From positions 1 through 35,132 of IMG/VR virus record IMGVR_UViG_3300020727_000047: a stretch of 35,132 nucleotides of DNA. The stretch is one strand, 5' to 3'. The DNA is from a virus. Lineage: Duplodnaviria; Caudoviricetes. Below are positions 18,077-26,843 of this stretch, in pieces; the first letter of the stretch is position 1, and each line of letters begins with the position of its first letter. The position numbers and the translations under genes are program-made. The notes beneath the pieces are model-generated. The model had not been told where the DNA came from and did no database searches. It saw nothing but the letters and a program-made list of their open reading frames with translations.

Positions 18077-20300
18077 TCATCATTCCTTCTGGTTGCCCGC
18101 TTGATTGCGGTTTCGGTAGCGCAGACATGAGCTGCGTTACGTTCTGTGCCAGGTCCTCGATCTTGGATCCGACCTGTTTGTTCATGCTGTCTTCGGCCTT
18201 CTGGATGATGGCCATCAGCTTGACCTCGAAGTCCGCATTGATCTTGGCCATCATGATGTCGCGGTCCTTCTGCTTGTCGTTAAGCTGGAACGCGGCCTGC
18301 TGGAGCTGGGCTTGTGCCGCCTTAAGCTCCTGTTGCATGTTGTTGATGATGGCTTGCACCTGCGGCGGGATGTCCTTCATGTCCTGGCCCATCAGGTTGG
18401 CAGGGACAGCCTTGGCCAGACGGGTTGCCATCTCTTCAGCACCCGGCCAGTCCTGGTTCTTGGCGATGAGATCCGCGACCAGCTGGGCGGTCTGCGGCAT
18501 GGCACGGACGAAATCCATCATGCTCTCGCTCGCCTCAATGCGTTTGGAGGCATAGGACGGGCCGATGTCCACCGTCACACCGAACTTGCCGATCGTCGGG
18601 TTGAACACCTTCATTTTCTTGCCGTTCGGGCCGGGTTGTTCCTGGTAAGGAAGATTGGCGGAGGGGTCGATGACCACCTTCTCTTCCTTGTCGTCTTCCC
18701 GCAGAATGGTGATCTGGCGCTTGGTGTCGTAGATCTTCGGGATCAGGTCGATGAGCTGCCGGCCGCAGTGCTTCAGCGAACGTGCCAGGTTGTCCATGTA
18801 GTGGAACGAGCCAAGGTCGCCAGAACGGCGAAGCTCTCGAATAGCCCGGCCAGATTCATCCATCATCCTTTCGTTAGGAGAGGCATCAAACCTGATCCCG
18901 GTCGTGGCCATCATGTCCTGAGCCGCGCCTTGTGCAGCCTGGACAACACCCGCAGGAACGCCCGCAAACTGCTGACGTTGCGGCGGTGGGGCGAGGGTCC
19001 CACCCAGCGACACACCTCGGTACGGCAGGTAAGGGTAGTTCCTCACGTTGGCCGAGCGCCACTGTTCCTCGTAGCCTTCGATCTGGCCCTCTTCCACAAT
19101 CCATGGAGCCTTCGGAGCCAGAGCGATCAACTCGGTCTCGCTTGTCTTCCAGTAATTGTACATCCGCTGGGGGTCTTTGGCGTTTCGAATGACGCCGCTG
19201 TAGAATACTTTGCCCTCGATATCGATCTCTTCGCCGATGACGGGGATGATAGGTATCCACAGGCCGAGCCATTCAGACTCCTCTAGCACTTCGGTGGCGG
19301 TGATCTTGTACCATTTGATCTTGCGCTTCTCGGACTTACGCTCGTCCACGATCTCCAGCGCACCGGATTTGATCATGTCCTTGGTCCGTTGGGCCAGATC
19401 ATCCTTCCAGCCTACGTAGCCGTTGGAGAGCTTGACCAGGTTCTCCATGTCGATCTTGGTTTCGAAGTACTCCGCAATCCGAATGCCGTCCTTGCTGGAC
19501 CATTCCTTGTACTTGTCGCCGATCCCACCCTGGTCATAGGCTTCGGTGTCCGCGTCAGGATACTGAGCCTTGAACTCGTCCATCGGGATCATCTCAGTCA
19601 CGAACGCATACTTGCAGTCCGCGCCATCAGGCTCCTGGTGGTCGGGGTCAAGGTACACGGTGAACGGGTTGCGGATCCGCTCAATCTTGATCACCTGGTC
19701 GAAACTGTCCGGTGCTTCCCAGTCGGTGCGGATGCGGAAATACCCGAACCCATTGGACACTGCCGACTCAAACGCCGTGTCATAAGCAATGTCTGCCGTG
19801 CTCTCGCGTTCAATGGCGCGGATCAGGCCACGATAGACCTTCGCTGCGTCAGGGTCCGAACGATCACCCACCGGGGACACGTTAATGGCTGGGCGGTTCT
19901 GGCGCTGGTCGTTGGTGATCTGGTGGACAAACGTCTGCATCTTGTTGATGGTCAGACAGGGGCGCTTGTCGGTGTTGCGCTGGGCAGCCACGTCAGCCGG
20001 CCACTGTTCGCCCCGCTTGAACTTCAGATCTTCAAGCGCAGCCTTACGGTTATCGCTTTCGGACTGAATGCAACGCTCCATACGCTTGCGAGCGCGGTCA
20101 AGAACCTCATCATGGGTTTCCTCCTCCTTGCGCTTCTCAGTCCCCAAAGGCTTCCAGTCGTCGCCCCATTCGTCGTCGTCGTATGCCTTCTTGTCGCCTT
20201 TGCCCATCATGGGGCCACGCTTGTTCATTCCCGCCTGGACGGACGGCATCTTGATCTTGCCGTCGTTGGGAGCTTTGCGGGGATTGTTTAATTCGGCCAC
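17985..20300 (-). CDS. Portal protein (P22-like)
   Basis: 771 aa after TerL; EDLKF..GEQW, RPCLTINK, G.GYFRI, KDPQRMYNYW and G.F.VTVD.GPSY..KR.EA motifs; C-terminal Q-rich barrel helix. Confidence 0.92.
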   Translation of the reverse strand: MAELNNPRKAPNDGKIKMPSVQAGMNKRGPMMGKGDKKAYDDDEWGDDWKPLGTEKRKEEETHDEVLDRARKRMERCIQSESDNRKAALEDLKFKRGEQWPADVAAQRNTDKRPCLTINKMQTFVHQITNDQRQNRPAINVSPVGDRSDPDAAKVYRGLIRAIERESTADIAYDTAFESAVSNGFGYFRIRTDWEAPDSFDQVIKIERIRNPFTVYLDPDHQEPDGADCKYAFVTEMIPMDEFKAQYPDADTEAYDQGGIGDKYKEWSSKDGIRIAEYFETKIDMENLVKLSNGYVGWKDDLAQRTKDMIKSGALEIVDERKSEKRKIKWYKITATEVLEESEWLGLWIPIIPVIGEEIDIEGKVFYSGVIRNAKDPQRMYNYWKTSETELIALAPKAPWIVEEGQIEGYEEQWRSANVRNYPYLPYRGVSLGGTLAPPPQRQQFAGVPAGVVQAAQGAAQDMMATTGIRFDASPNERMMDESGRAIRELRRSGDLGSFHYMDNLARSLKHCGRQLIDLIPKIYDTKRQITILREDDKEEKVVIDPSANLPYQEQPGPNGKKMKVFNPTIGKFGVTVDIGPSYASKRIEASESMMDFVRAMPQTAQLVADLIAKNQDWPGAEEMATRLAKAVPANLMGQDMKDIPPQVQAIINNMQQELKAAQAQLQQAAFQLNDKQKDRDIMMAKINADFEVKLMAIIQKAEDSMNKQVGSKIEDLAQNVTQLMSALPKPQSSGQPEGMMNAGSTRNDDGSNPQGGASTVSDLGLPPVQG

Positions 20301-20500
20301 GGGACTACCTCACCAGGGTCGAGGCCCAAGCGCATCGCCTCTTCAATCAATTCTAACGCTTCCGCCCGCTTTTGGCGATAGGTCCTGCCCTCAGGCATAG
20401 GGATCACCATAAAGAACTCCTGGCCTGCGTGGTCGAACATGGACAGCCTCACCGCATGACAGCCAAGCACCACCGACCAGAAGCGAAACTCCTTATGCAC
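20288..20500 (-). CDS. Hypothetical protein, 70 aa
   Basis: Fills the TerL-portal gap with short overlaps on both sides. Confidence 0.55.
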   Translation of the reverse strand: MHKEFRFWSVVLGCHAVRLSMFDHAGQEFFMVIPMPEGRTYRQKRAEALELIEEAMRLGLDPGEVVPWPN

Positions 20501-21833
20501 CCAGCCACCCTTGCGAGCCGCTCATGGTGGTGACCCGCAAGGCCGGCGGGGTCTTTGGCCTAGCAATCTTGTGAGCCACGCCCAGCGTCCTTAGCGCATC
20601 AGCGCCGTGAGAAGACCAATCATGGACAGGGCTAGACTTATACTCGCCAAGTCGAGAATTATAATCCCGGCGATAATGAGACAGCGCGTCCAGTCCAGCC
20701 TTGCACCGCGTCTCGTCAAACCAGAGTTTGGGGAAGAGCATGCGGGTTGCGTGGATCCCGTCCTCAAGCCCCAGCGACGGCGCGGTTTCAAACTTAATGC
20801 CGAGGTCTCTAGCCGCTTCGATCCGAGAACGGCCAGTGCCAAGCTCTCTAACAGCAATGTCCGCCGGTGCCGTGTGTCGTCCATACAGATACCCTTTCTT
20901 GTCCAGGACTGCTGCATAGTGCGGGAAGCCCTCGCCCGTGCACTCGTAGTAATCCACCACCCGGATTTCGCGGCCCACGTCCTGCGTGAACCAGATACAC
21001 ATGGCGTCGCGCATGCCGAGGTCCCACCACGTATCCACCCGCACAGTAGGCTCAACAGGGACGCGTGTGATCCGGCCTTCATTGCGAGCCGCCTGGAGCT
21101 GGTCGGTGTAGATCGCACCACCAACAATAGGCTCATCCCACCTACCATCCAGCAGGGCGCGGCGGGTCTGGTCGGGGAGCATCATCAGGCGTTCGCGATA
21201 GCCGCTATTCGTCAAGTGGGGATTGTCATGCAGGCGGGACGGAATGAACCGTCGGCTCCATGTTCTGTCCCCGTATGTTGTGCGGGTGAATGTCGCATCA
21301 CCCTCCGGCCCGATGCCGAAGCGATCAGCGATCCACTTCGCTCCTGGTCCATCGGGGTTGCACGTAGCTCTGACGTAGACCGGCACGTCGAGCCGATCAG
21401 GAGCACGTAGGCGGGAGATCATGTACTCGTAGGCATGAGGCGATGACCATTGCGCCAGTTCCTCCCAGCCAATCCACTGGAACTGCCGGGACTGGTAGCG
21501 CTGCACGTCACTGTCTCGGTCGAGGTAGCCAAACTCAATGCGAGCGCCAGACGGAAACCGCCATTCGCTGCCTTGCGAGTTGAACTGCGCAGTGGGGCAG
21601 ATTACCGGGTAGATCGCCCTGGTGCGGTCCACCACTTCCTTCAGCTCTGGGTAGGTCCTGCGGAGAATAAGCGCCCTATACTCCGCTTTGGTGTAGGCAT
21701 CCCAGCCAAGCGCATCCATGATGAGGGCATCAGTCTTGCCGCCACCAGCTGCGCCGCCATACAGGACCTCGTCCTCTGGCGCTGCGAGGAACTCATGCTG
21801 CCGTGGGGTCGGTGTCCAGACGGTCGGGATCAT
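20493..21833 (-). CDS. terL: Terminase large subunit
   Basis: Walker [11 protein letters not shown], Walker B WIGWEE, motif III ATCNP, RNase-H-like WDLGMRD and [12 protein letters not shown]. Confidence 0.95.
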   Translation of the reverse strand: MIPTVWTPTPRQHEFLAAPEDEVLYGGAAGGGKTDALIMDALGWDAYTKAEYRALILRRTYPELKEVVDRTRAIYPVICPTAQFNSQGSEWRFPSGARIEFGYLDRDSDVQRYQSRQFQWIGWEELAQWSSPHAYEYMISRLRAPDRLDVPVYVRATCNPDGPGAKWIADRFGIGPEGDATFTRTTYGDRTWSRRFIPSRLHDNPHLTNSGYRERLMMLPDQTRRALLDGRWDEPIVGGAIYTDQLQAARNEGRITRVPVEPTVRVDTWWDLGMRDAMCIWFTQDVGREIRVVDYYECTGEGFPHYAAVLDKKGYLYGRHTAPADIAVRELGTGRSRIEAARDLGIKFETAPSLGLEDGIHATRMLFPKLWFDETRCKAGLDALSHYRRDYNSRLGEYKSSPVHDWSSHGADALRTLGVAHKIARPKTPPALRVTTMSGSQGWLGA

Positions 21834-21955
21834 TTGCCTTTGCGGGCTTGGCTCAGTGCAATGGCAATGGCCTGCTTCAACGGCTTGCCGGCCTTGCGCT
21901 CGGTCTTGATGTTCGAACTGATAGCCTTACGGGACTTGCCCTTTTTCAGCGGCAT
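21830..21955 (-). CDS. Small basic protein, 41 aa (absent from ORF track)
   Basis: [41 protein letters not shown]; TGATG and ATGA overlaps with neighbours; resembles small proteins often seen near phage packaging genes. Confidence 0.75.
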   Translation of the reverse strand: MPLKKGKSRKAISSNIKTERKAGKPLKQAIAIALSQARKGK

Positions 21956-22116
21956 CAAATCAGGTTCTGCACTGTGGCTTCTGGCTGCCACATCTCCGCC
22001 AGAAGCATCATCGCCTCGTCCTGGTTCTCGCCTCGCGCCATGCGAACTGCCAGTGCGGCATTGAGAACCGACAGGTCAGGATCATACAGCCCTTCGGTGT
22101 TGAATTCGTCAAACAT
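21955..22116 (-). CDS. Hypothetical protein, ~53 aa
   Basis: ATG at 22116 overlaps the TerS-like 3' end; its stop overlaps the next ATG. Confidence 0.5.
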   Translation of the reverse strand: MFDEFNTEGLYDPDLSVLNAALAVRMARGENQDEAMMLLAEMWQPEATVQNLI

Positions 22117-22414
22117 CTCGGGGCGAATCCTTTCGAGGAAGTTCAACCACACCCATCGGCATCAGCGTCGGATCCTGACCCACTGCGACAGACTGCTGAG
22201 CCTTGCCATACCCTCTGTCTAGTAGTTCCTTGATCGCCGCCACTCTAACCGACTCTGTTTCCGACTGGAGCGCCAGCCTAGCAAGCTCTCGGATGATGTC
22301 ACCCGCATGCTCACTGGCTAGCGCCCTGATGTCCACCTTGTCCTTTGATCCTTTGGGCCTACCTGGACCGGCTGTCCGCTTCAGGTTGGCAAGGCTTCGG
22401 GGGTTAACGGCCAT
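22109..22414 (-). CDS. Terminase small subunit-like protein
   Basis: NP.SLANLK, GRPKGSK and R..A..ELLDRGYGK..Q motifs; upstream of TerL. Confidence 0.7.
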   Translation of the reverse strand: MAVNPRSLANLKRTAGPGRPKGSKDKVDIRALASEHAGDIIRELARLALQSETESVRVAAIKELLDRGYGKAQQSVAVGQDPTLMPMGVVELPRKDSPRDV

Positions 22415-22440
22415 CGGATTTAATTCGGTTAGTTACCGAC

Positions 22441-22719
22441 TCACTTGCTCTTCATTTTCATGCCGCCGTGCGGCTTCGTCGGGTGCTTCGGACCCATGGA
22501 ACCGGAAACGCCCAGAGCGCCAGGCACATGGCGGCTGTCCAGCATGCGGGGGTGGTGCGGGCTGGTGGTTTGGATCTGGTGCATGGACTTGGTCGGACGG
22601 GAGCCGCTGCCGACGTGGTTTTTGTGGGGCGACGACATCTGGGTCTTGATGGAGAGACCCTTAGCGTGCTTCGCGCTGTGGCGGTTCGTCGAGCCGGGGG
22701 CGTCGTGAAGGATGGCCAT
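22441..22719 (-). CDS. His/Lys/Met-rich basic low-complexity protein, 92 aa
   Basis: CAGGAG RBS upstream; many H, K, S and P residues and almost no acidic residues. Confidence 0.65.
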   Translation of the reverse strand: MAILHDAPGSTNRHSAKHAKGLSIKTQMSSPHKNHVGSGSRPTKSMHQIQTTSPHHPRMLDSRHVPGALGVSGSMGPKHPTKPHGGMKMKSK

Positions 22720-22757
22720 CTTGTAAACTCCTGCCCGGCGGGCGCTAATCTTTGGTT

Positions 22758-22773
22758 GATAATAAACCGTTAA
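22758..22773 (-). promoter_or_regulatory. Candidate CtrA box upstream of the packaging/virion operon
   Basis: Minus strand TTAA-cggttta-TTATC versus the CtrA consensus TTAA-N7-TTAAC (one mismatch), in an AT-rich intergenic gap. Confidence 0.45.
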
Positions 22774-22787
22774 GGACGTTTCCGCAA

Positions 22788-24599
22788 TTAGCTCATAGCT
22801 TCCTGAGCGATCAGCGAAGCACCGACACTGCCAGCGAAACCAGACGGCGTGGTAATGGCCACAGTCAGGATGTCAGGCTGGTTGCCTTGAACGTTGTTGT
22901 ACAGCGGGAAGAACTGGGAAAGGTCGTAGGTCTGAAGACCACCGGAAGGCAGCGGCGCGTTGTACACCACCTCTCCGCCAGTCAGTGCCGTGGCGCTAAC
23001 GTCCCGCTCACCGAAGCTGTTGAGGCTGCCGAGGCTGTACATGGTCGCAAAGCTCGCACCCGTCAGCGTAACCGGCGAGGAGTACGTCGAGCTGATGAGT
23101 TCCAGCGTACAGTTAGCCGACGAATAGATTTGCAGGGTCTGCGGGAGAATCTGTCCACGGTCAATCATGCCCAGCATGTAATTGCCCGAGCTGGCCGGCA
23201 GAACGGGAAGCGGGCCGCCCTGGACGTTGTCCACCACGGTGAGCGTGTTCTGCGTGTTGGCAATGATGCGGCCAACAGTGCCCAGGCCGGTTTGATAGGT
23301 GATGGTGCCAGTGACCGTACCCGAAGCGGTCGTGTTGAACGTAAACGTCGACGCGGTCACCCCAGTAATCTGCACCTGGCCGTTGATGGTGCCGGTTGCA
23401 GTTGCCCCCGCGATGATGACCCAGCGGCCCACCGTCAGATAGTTGGGATTGGCTGCCGTGGTGGCCGTGGCGACGCCGCTTGTGATCGTGATGCCGGTGA
23501 TGGATGCCGTGGCAGCTCGGCAGAAGATTGACTTGCCCACCCAAACATTAGGAGTCAGCGGCGTACCAGTCAAAACAATGGTCGAAGCGGTTGCAGTCGA
23601 GCTGGCGGACGTGATCGCTGCACCGTTGACCGGCAGCGTACCGTTAGCGCCGGAGTAGTTGCTATCAACCCCATATTCCATCGTCCCCATTGGGCGGTAG
23701 CGAAGCGACAGCAGCGGATAACGGGTCGCAGCGGATCCAGGCGAGCGAGTTGGCGTACCTGCCGCCATGCCGTAGCCATAGGTGAACCCGCGCTGTAAGT
23801 CCCGCTGGCCTTCAACGATAACCGAGACACCCCAGTGATTGAGTGTCTGGGCGGAAGCAACCGCACCAGAATTGCGGAGTTCGTACCGAACGGGAAGGTT
23901 CCCAGTACGCGCCCACGGGATGTTTTGACCGCCGTTGCCCTGGCCAATCTGATGGAGCGTGTAGGGTTCACCGTTGAGGATCACACCCCAGCGCATGAGG
24001 CCCGCGCCGTACCAAGCAAATTCCATCCACAGCATCTGGATTTGCGTCCAGTTAAGGGATTGAGTCACACCGTATGGGTCCTGCCATTGGTTCAGCGGGA
24101 TGACCGTGTCGTAAGGCACGCCTTTGATGTCGGAGCGGTACATCACGCACATGCCGCTGGGGTTTGTGGCAGTCGGCGACTGGATCTGGAAACACATTCC
24201 GTTGTTGTCGTCGAGGAACCCGACCCGCTCAATGTGGTTCGTTGCGGGTCCACCGAACGTGATCCCGGTGGCCATGTACATGGTCTTTCCGGGCTGGTAG
24301 CGGTGATATGGCCGGGTCTGACGGATCGCCACGTCACCGGCGGCAGTGGTCACGGCGAGCTGAACGCCACCAATGTTAGAGGTTGGCGTGATGGTGGCAC
24401 CGCCAACAATGTAGTTTTCCCAGCGCATCGGCTGGGCGCCGTACTCGAAGTCGGCTTCGTACACGTTGTTGTGCGTGGTGACCTTTAGGCGACCGGTGTT
24501 GTCTCGGATCCGCTGCGGGAACTGGGTGACGAGGCTGTTCTTCTCCCCAACCGTGGTCATAACATTGGTCAGGTTGTTGAATTGGTCAATCGTCGCCAT
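22788..24599 (-). CDS. Large beta-rich virion-structural-like protein, 603 aa
   Basis: D..GRLKV, RQT..Y.RYQPGK, W.EF.WYGAG..R.G and NLPVRYE motifs seen in phage structural proteins; internal Thr-rich beta module. Confidence 0.6.
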   Translation of the reverse strand: MATIDQFNNLTNVMTTVGEKNSLVTQFPQRIRDNTGRLKVTTHNNVYEADFEYGAQPMRWENYIVGGATITPTSNIGGVQLAVTTAAGDVAIRQTRPYHRYQPGKTMYMATGITFGGPATNHIERVGFLDDNNGMCFQIQSPTATNPSGMCVMYRSDIKGVPYDTVIPLNQWQDPYGVTQSLNWTQIQMLWMEFAWYGAGLMRWGVILNGEPYTLHQIGQGNGGQNIPWARTGNLPVRYELRNSGAVASAQTLNHWGVSVIVEGQRDLQRGFTYGYGMAAGTPTRSPGSAATRYPLLSLRYRPMGTMEYGVDSNYSGANGTLPVNGAAITSASSTATASTIVLTGTPLTPNVWVGKSIFCRAATASITGITITSGVATATTAANPNYLTVGRWVIIAGATATGTINGQVQITGVTASTFTFNTTASGTVTGTITYQTGLGTVGRIIANTQNTLTVVDNVQGGPLPVLPASSGNYMLGMIDRGQILPQTLQIYSSANCTLELISSTYSSPVTLTGASFATMYSLGSLNSFGERDVSATALTGGEVVYNAPLPSGGLQTYDLSQFFPLYNNVQGNQPDILTVAITTPSGFAGSVGASLIAQEAMS

Positions 24600-24601
24600 C
24601 G

Positions 24602-24916
24602 TCAGACCCTTAAATCGATTTTGCGCACTTTATCACGGCGTTGCCTCTCTTCATAGGCACGCACCCCATGCAGGATTGTGGTGTGGACCCGCCCACCAAA
24701 CAGCTTGCCAAGCAAGGGATACGACAGCCCCGACAGCTTCCTAGCCTTCCACATTGCCTCCCGGCGAATAGCCGAGATGTCCTCATGCGAATCGTAAGAC
24801 ATCATCCGCTCTAGGCTGACCGTGTGGGCTTCCGCGACCTCCCGAATAGCTTTCTTGGCCAACTGGTGGCGCTGCTGTATGGTGGGTTCCACGTTACCTT
24901 GCCAGATCGAGTGCAT
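24602..24916 (-). CDS. Stand-alone DnaA domain IV (C-terminal HTH)-like protein
   Basis: I..VAE...VS...M......I...R.EAMW.AR.L.GLSYP.LG.LFGGRVHTTILHG matches the DnaA signature GGRDHTTV.H. GGAGG RBS before ATG 24916. Confidence 0.85.
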   Translation of the reverse strand: MHSIWQGNVEPTIQQRHQLAKKAIREVAEAHTVSLERMMSYDSHEDISAIRREAMWKARKLSGLSYPLLGKLFGGRVHTTILHGVRAYEERQRRDKVRKIDLRV

Positions 24917-25061
24917 CGTCTGCCTCCGCTGCCCTGTTGGTTTCACCCAGTCCCCGCGGCCTAACCTTGGAGCGGTAGATCCCGGCCTCCGGTAAACCCA
25001 TGTAGCGTCGCCAGACTGCCCTGGCGAAGCGATACCAATTCTGTTTCTCAGCGTCGGTCAT
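24894..25061 (-). CDS. Hypothetical protein, 55 aa (absent from ORF track)
   Basis: MTDAEKQNWYRFARAVWRRYMGLPEAGIYRSKVRPRGLGETNRAAEADDALDLAR; ATGA overlap with the upstream gene. Confidence 0.5.
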   Translation of the reverse strand: MTDAEKQNWYRFARAVWRRYMGLPEAGIYRSKVRPRGLGETNRAAEADDALDLAR

Positions 25062-25501
25062 GATCTCAGCCCCATAAGTTCCCGTGCCTTTAGCCTGCGG
25101 AGGCGGGCCTTTTCCATCAAATCTTTCCCAGCCGGCGGCATCTGGGTGATGTCCCGAGTGCCGGTCTCCTTCACCAGCATCTGGATGGCTGCCGTCTCAT
25201 GCTCATCCGCCAGCATCTTCTGGATCCGCGCCTTGTCGAACAGGCTCATGCTTTCGTAAGCCACCACGGCAGCCTTCTTGGTTGGCTCGGCGAGCTGGAT
25301 GCCTAACTCCCGAACAATTCCCATCGCCTGGTCACGAATGCGCTCGTAGGCGATCATGGTGCGCGGTGTGAGCGTCATGTTGTCATACCGCCAAGTTGCG
25401 CCTGACAGGTAGCTGTACGCAAATTCCTCGCCATGGAGCTCCACAAACTTGGCTCGAACGTGCGCGGGTCCGTCAAATTGGGACCTCTCCCCATCCTCCA
25501 T
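25058..25501 (-). CDS. Hypothetical protein following the replication initiator, ~147 aa
   Basis: Open frame with the ATG at 25501 as the most plausible start (start uncertain); occupies the helicase-loader position. Confidence 0.55.
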   Translation of the reverse strand: MEDGERSQFDGPAHVRAKFVELHGEEFAYSYLSGATWRYDNMTLTPRTMIAYERIRDQAMGIVRELGIQLAEPTKKAAVVAYESMSLFDKARIQKMLADEHETAAIQMLVKETGTRDITQMPPAGKDLMEKARLRRLKARELMGLRS

Positions 25502-26207
25502 CAGAGGCAATGCTTTCCGCTTCCGCCTGTTGGCGTTTCCATTGTTGGTGTCGGCGTTCCATTGCTGCGTAGTCAATTTGTGGTCCTTTCGGTTTGGTTG
25601 GCTTGGCGGATCGGAGCCAGTTCCTGGCAACGGCGTTCCAGTCGGATCTGGCGGTCTTAAATTCGTAGTCCTCAAGCTTGGTCAGTTCCTGTTCAATCTG
25701 GTCAGCCGTCAGTCCAGCTTTCTCGCCGGTATCGAAAACGGAATCGTCAAATTCGAAATTGGGAGGGCAGCGCCGAGACTTTCGAGGCCCTCTCTCTTCT
25801 TTCTTCTTTATGAGTTCTGGTTCTGGTTGGCAGAGCGGGAAGCTGCCGGTAGCTAAAGCTGCTTCTTTGTTTTTCAATGCCTTAGCATGCCCGCCGTTTG
25901 ACGCTGCCACCCTTCGCTGTCTGACAGCTTCGGTATGTCTCGTCAGTTCACGGGTCAGACGGCGTTGCGTCATTTCACCGTTTTCAATGTCGAAGAACGC
26001 TAGCAGGGTCTCGCTCATGCGGTCCCATTGCGCCCTGGTGAGCTTGCATAATTTGGCCAGCTTAGCGGGATTGGCGGGCAGGCTTCCACCAGATCGCCAC
26101 ATGCAAAACAGCAGCATCAGGTAAGCCCCGTGCTCCGTCGTGGTCAGGTGGGTTGTGTCGGCTAGATAGTCCCCAACGTAGAGCGGCATGAATGGTGGGG
26201 ATGACAT
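25473..26207 (-). CDS. DUF1376/YdaU-family replication initiator-like protein
   Basis: PFMPLYVGDYLADT.HL...EHGAYL.LL...W..GG.LP N-terminus; PEPE linker; C-terminal DW.A..RNWLR motif. Confidence 0.85.
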   Translation of the reverse strand: MSSPPFMPLYVGDYLADTTHLTTTEHGAYLMLLFCMWRSGGSLPANPAKLAKLCKLTRAQWDRMSETLLAFFDIENGEMTQRRLTRELTRHTEAVRQRRVAASNGGHAKALKNKEAALATGSFPLCQPEPELIKKKEERGPRKSRRCPPNFEFDDSVFDTGEKAGLTADQIEQELTKLEDYEFKTARSDWNAVARNWLRSAKPTKPKGPQIDYAAMERRHQQWKRQQAEAESIASDGGWGEVPI

Positions 26208-26294
26208 CGGACACCTTTAAGGTTGTCCAGCAAACGCTCTTCGCCTATCATCTGAAGGCTTTTAGCAATCGCCGGTCCATGGCGGTTTGTTTCA

Positions 26295-26325
26295 GAAGGG
26301 GTCGAGCGGCAAACTCGGCCCCTTC
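26295..26325 (+). promoter_or_regulatory. GC-rich hairpin in the intergenic gap upstream of the replication gene
   Basis: GAAGGGGTCGAG-cggcaaa-CTCGGCCCCTTC forms a 12-bp stem with one G-U pair on the plus strand (a mismatch on the minus strand). Confidence 0.5.
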
Positions 26326-26362
26326 GCCCTAACATCTTCCAATTCTCCCAGAGAGGCAAGCC

Positions 26363-26485
26363 ATGAAAAAGCCCATGAAAGCTAAAGGCTCGAAGCAGAC
26401 GCCGCTCATGAAGGCTTCTGAGATGAAGGCTATGAAGGGTGCCAAGCCTTCGAAAAAGGACATGAAGAAGGCGAAGAGCTGCTAG
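26363..26485 (+). CDS. Lys/Met-rich basic micro-protein, 40 aa, opposite to the surrounding operon (absent from ORF track)
   Basis: GAGAGG RBS, then MKKPMKAKGSKQTPLMKASEMKAMKGAKPSKKDMKKAKSC; its TAG overlaps the convergent gene's TAG within CTAG. Confidence 0.6.
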   Translation: MKKPMKAKGSKQTPLMKASEMKAMKGAKPSKKDMKKAKSC

Positions 26486-26658
26486 GCTCCTACCACGTTC
26501 CGCCAGTGCCACCTCACTCGGGCGCATAGCACCTGCACCTCAAGCGTCACATAACCGGACATGGCCCACGCCCTGGCGGTCTGTTTCAGCTTGATCTCGT
26601 GGCGGCTGTAGATGGCCCGACGGACAGCTTCGTCTATTAGTTTTTCTCTCAGGACCAC
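26482..26658 (-). CDS. Hypothetical protein, ~58 aa
   Basis: AGGA RBS before GTG at 26658, overlapping the end of the GcrA-like gene. Confidence 0.5.
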   Translation of the reverse strand: MVLREKLIDEAVRRAIYSRHEIKLKQTARAWAMSGYVTLEVQVLCARVRWHWRNVVGA

Positions 26659-26843
26659 CGCCGAATCCTGCGGTGCTCCAGGTCCTTCATCCCGCCCTGC
26701 CAGGTCGTTTGCACGAATGCTCGGGTCATGTGATACGGGCAATATATTTTCCCCCCGGTAGGTTCAGCGCAGAATAAATGCTCATCAGTGTGTAACACCG
26801 GCCAGTGACATTCGAATTTGCCAAGCTGACCGAGAGTTTTCAT
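26649..26843 (-). CDS. GcrA C-terminal-domain-like protein, 64 aa
   Basis: TL.QL...ECHWPV......FCAEP.....YCPYH...AF matches the GcrA C-terminal L..L....C.WP.G....F.FCG......YC..H...AY pattern; no N-terminal HTH. Confidence 0.75.
   Translation of the reverse strand: MKTLGQLGKFECHWPVLHTDEHLFCAEPTGGKIYCPYHMTRAFVQTTWQGGMKDLEHRRIRRWS

Noticed and set aside
25531-25640. GGCGTT(T)CCA repeats in the replication gene as origin iterons
   Set aside because: Only three short, irregularly spaced copies with no adjacent AT-rich unwinding element; could be chance.
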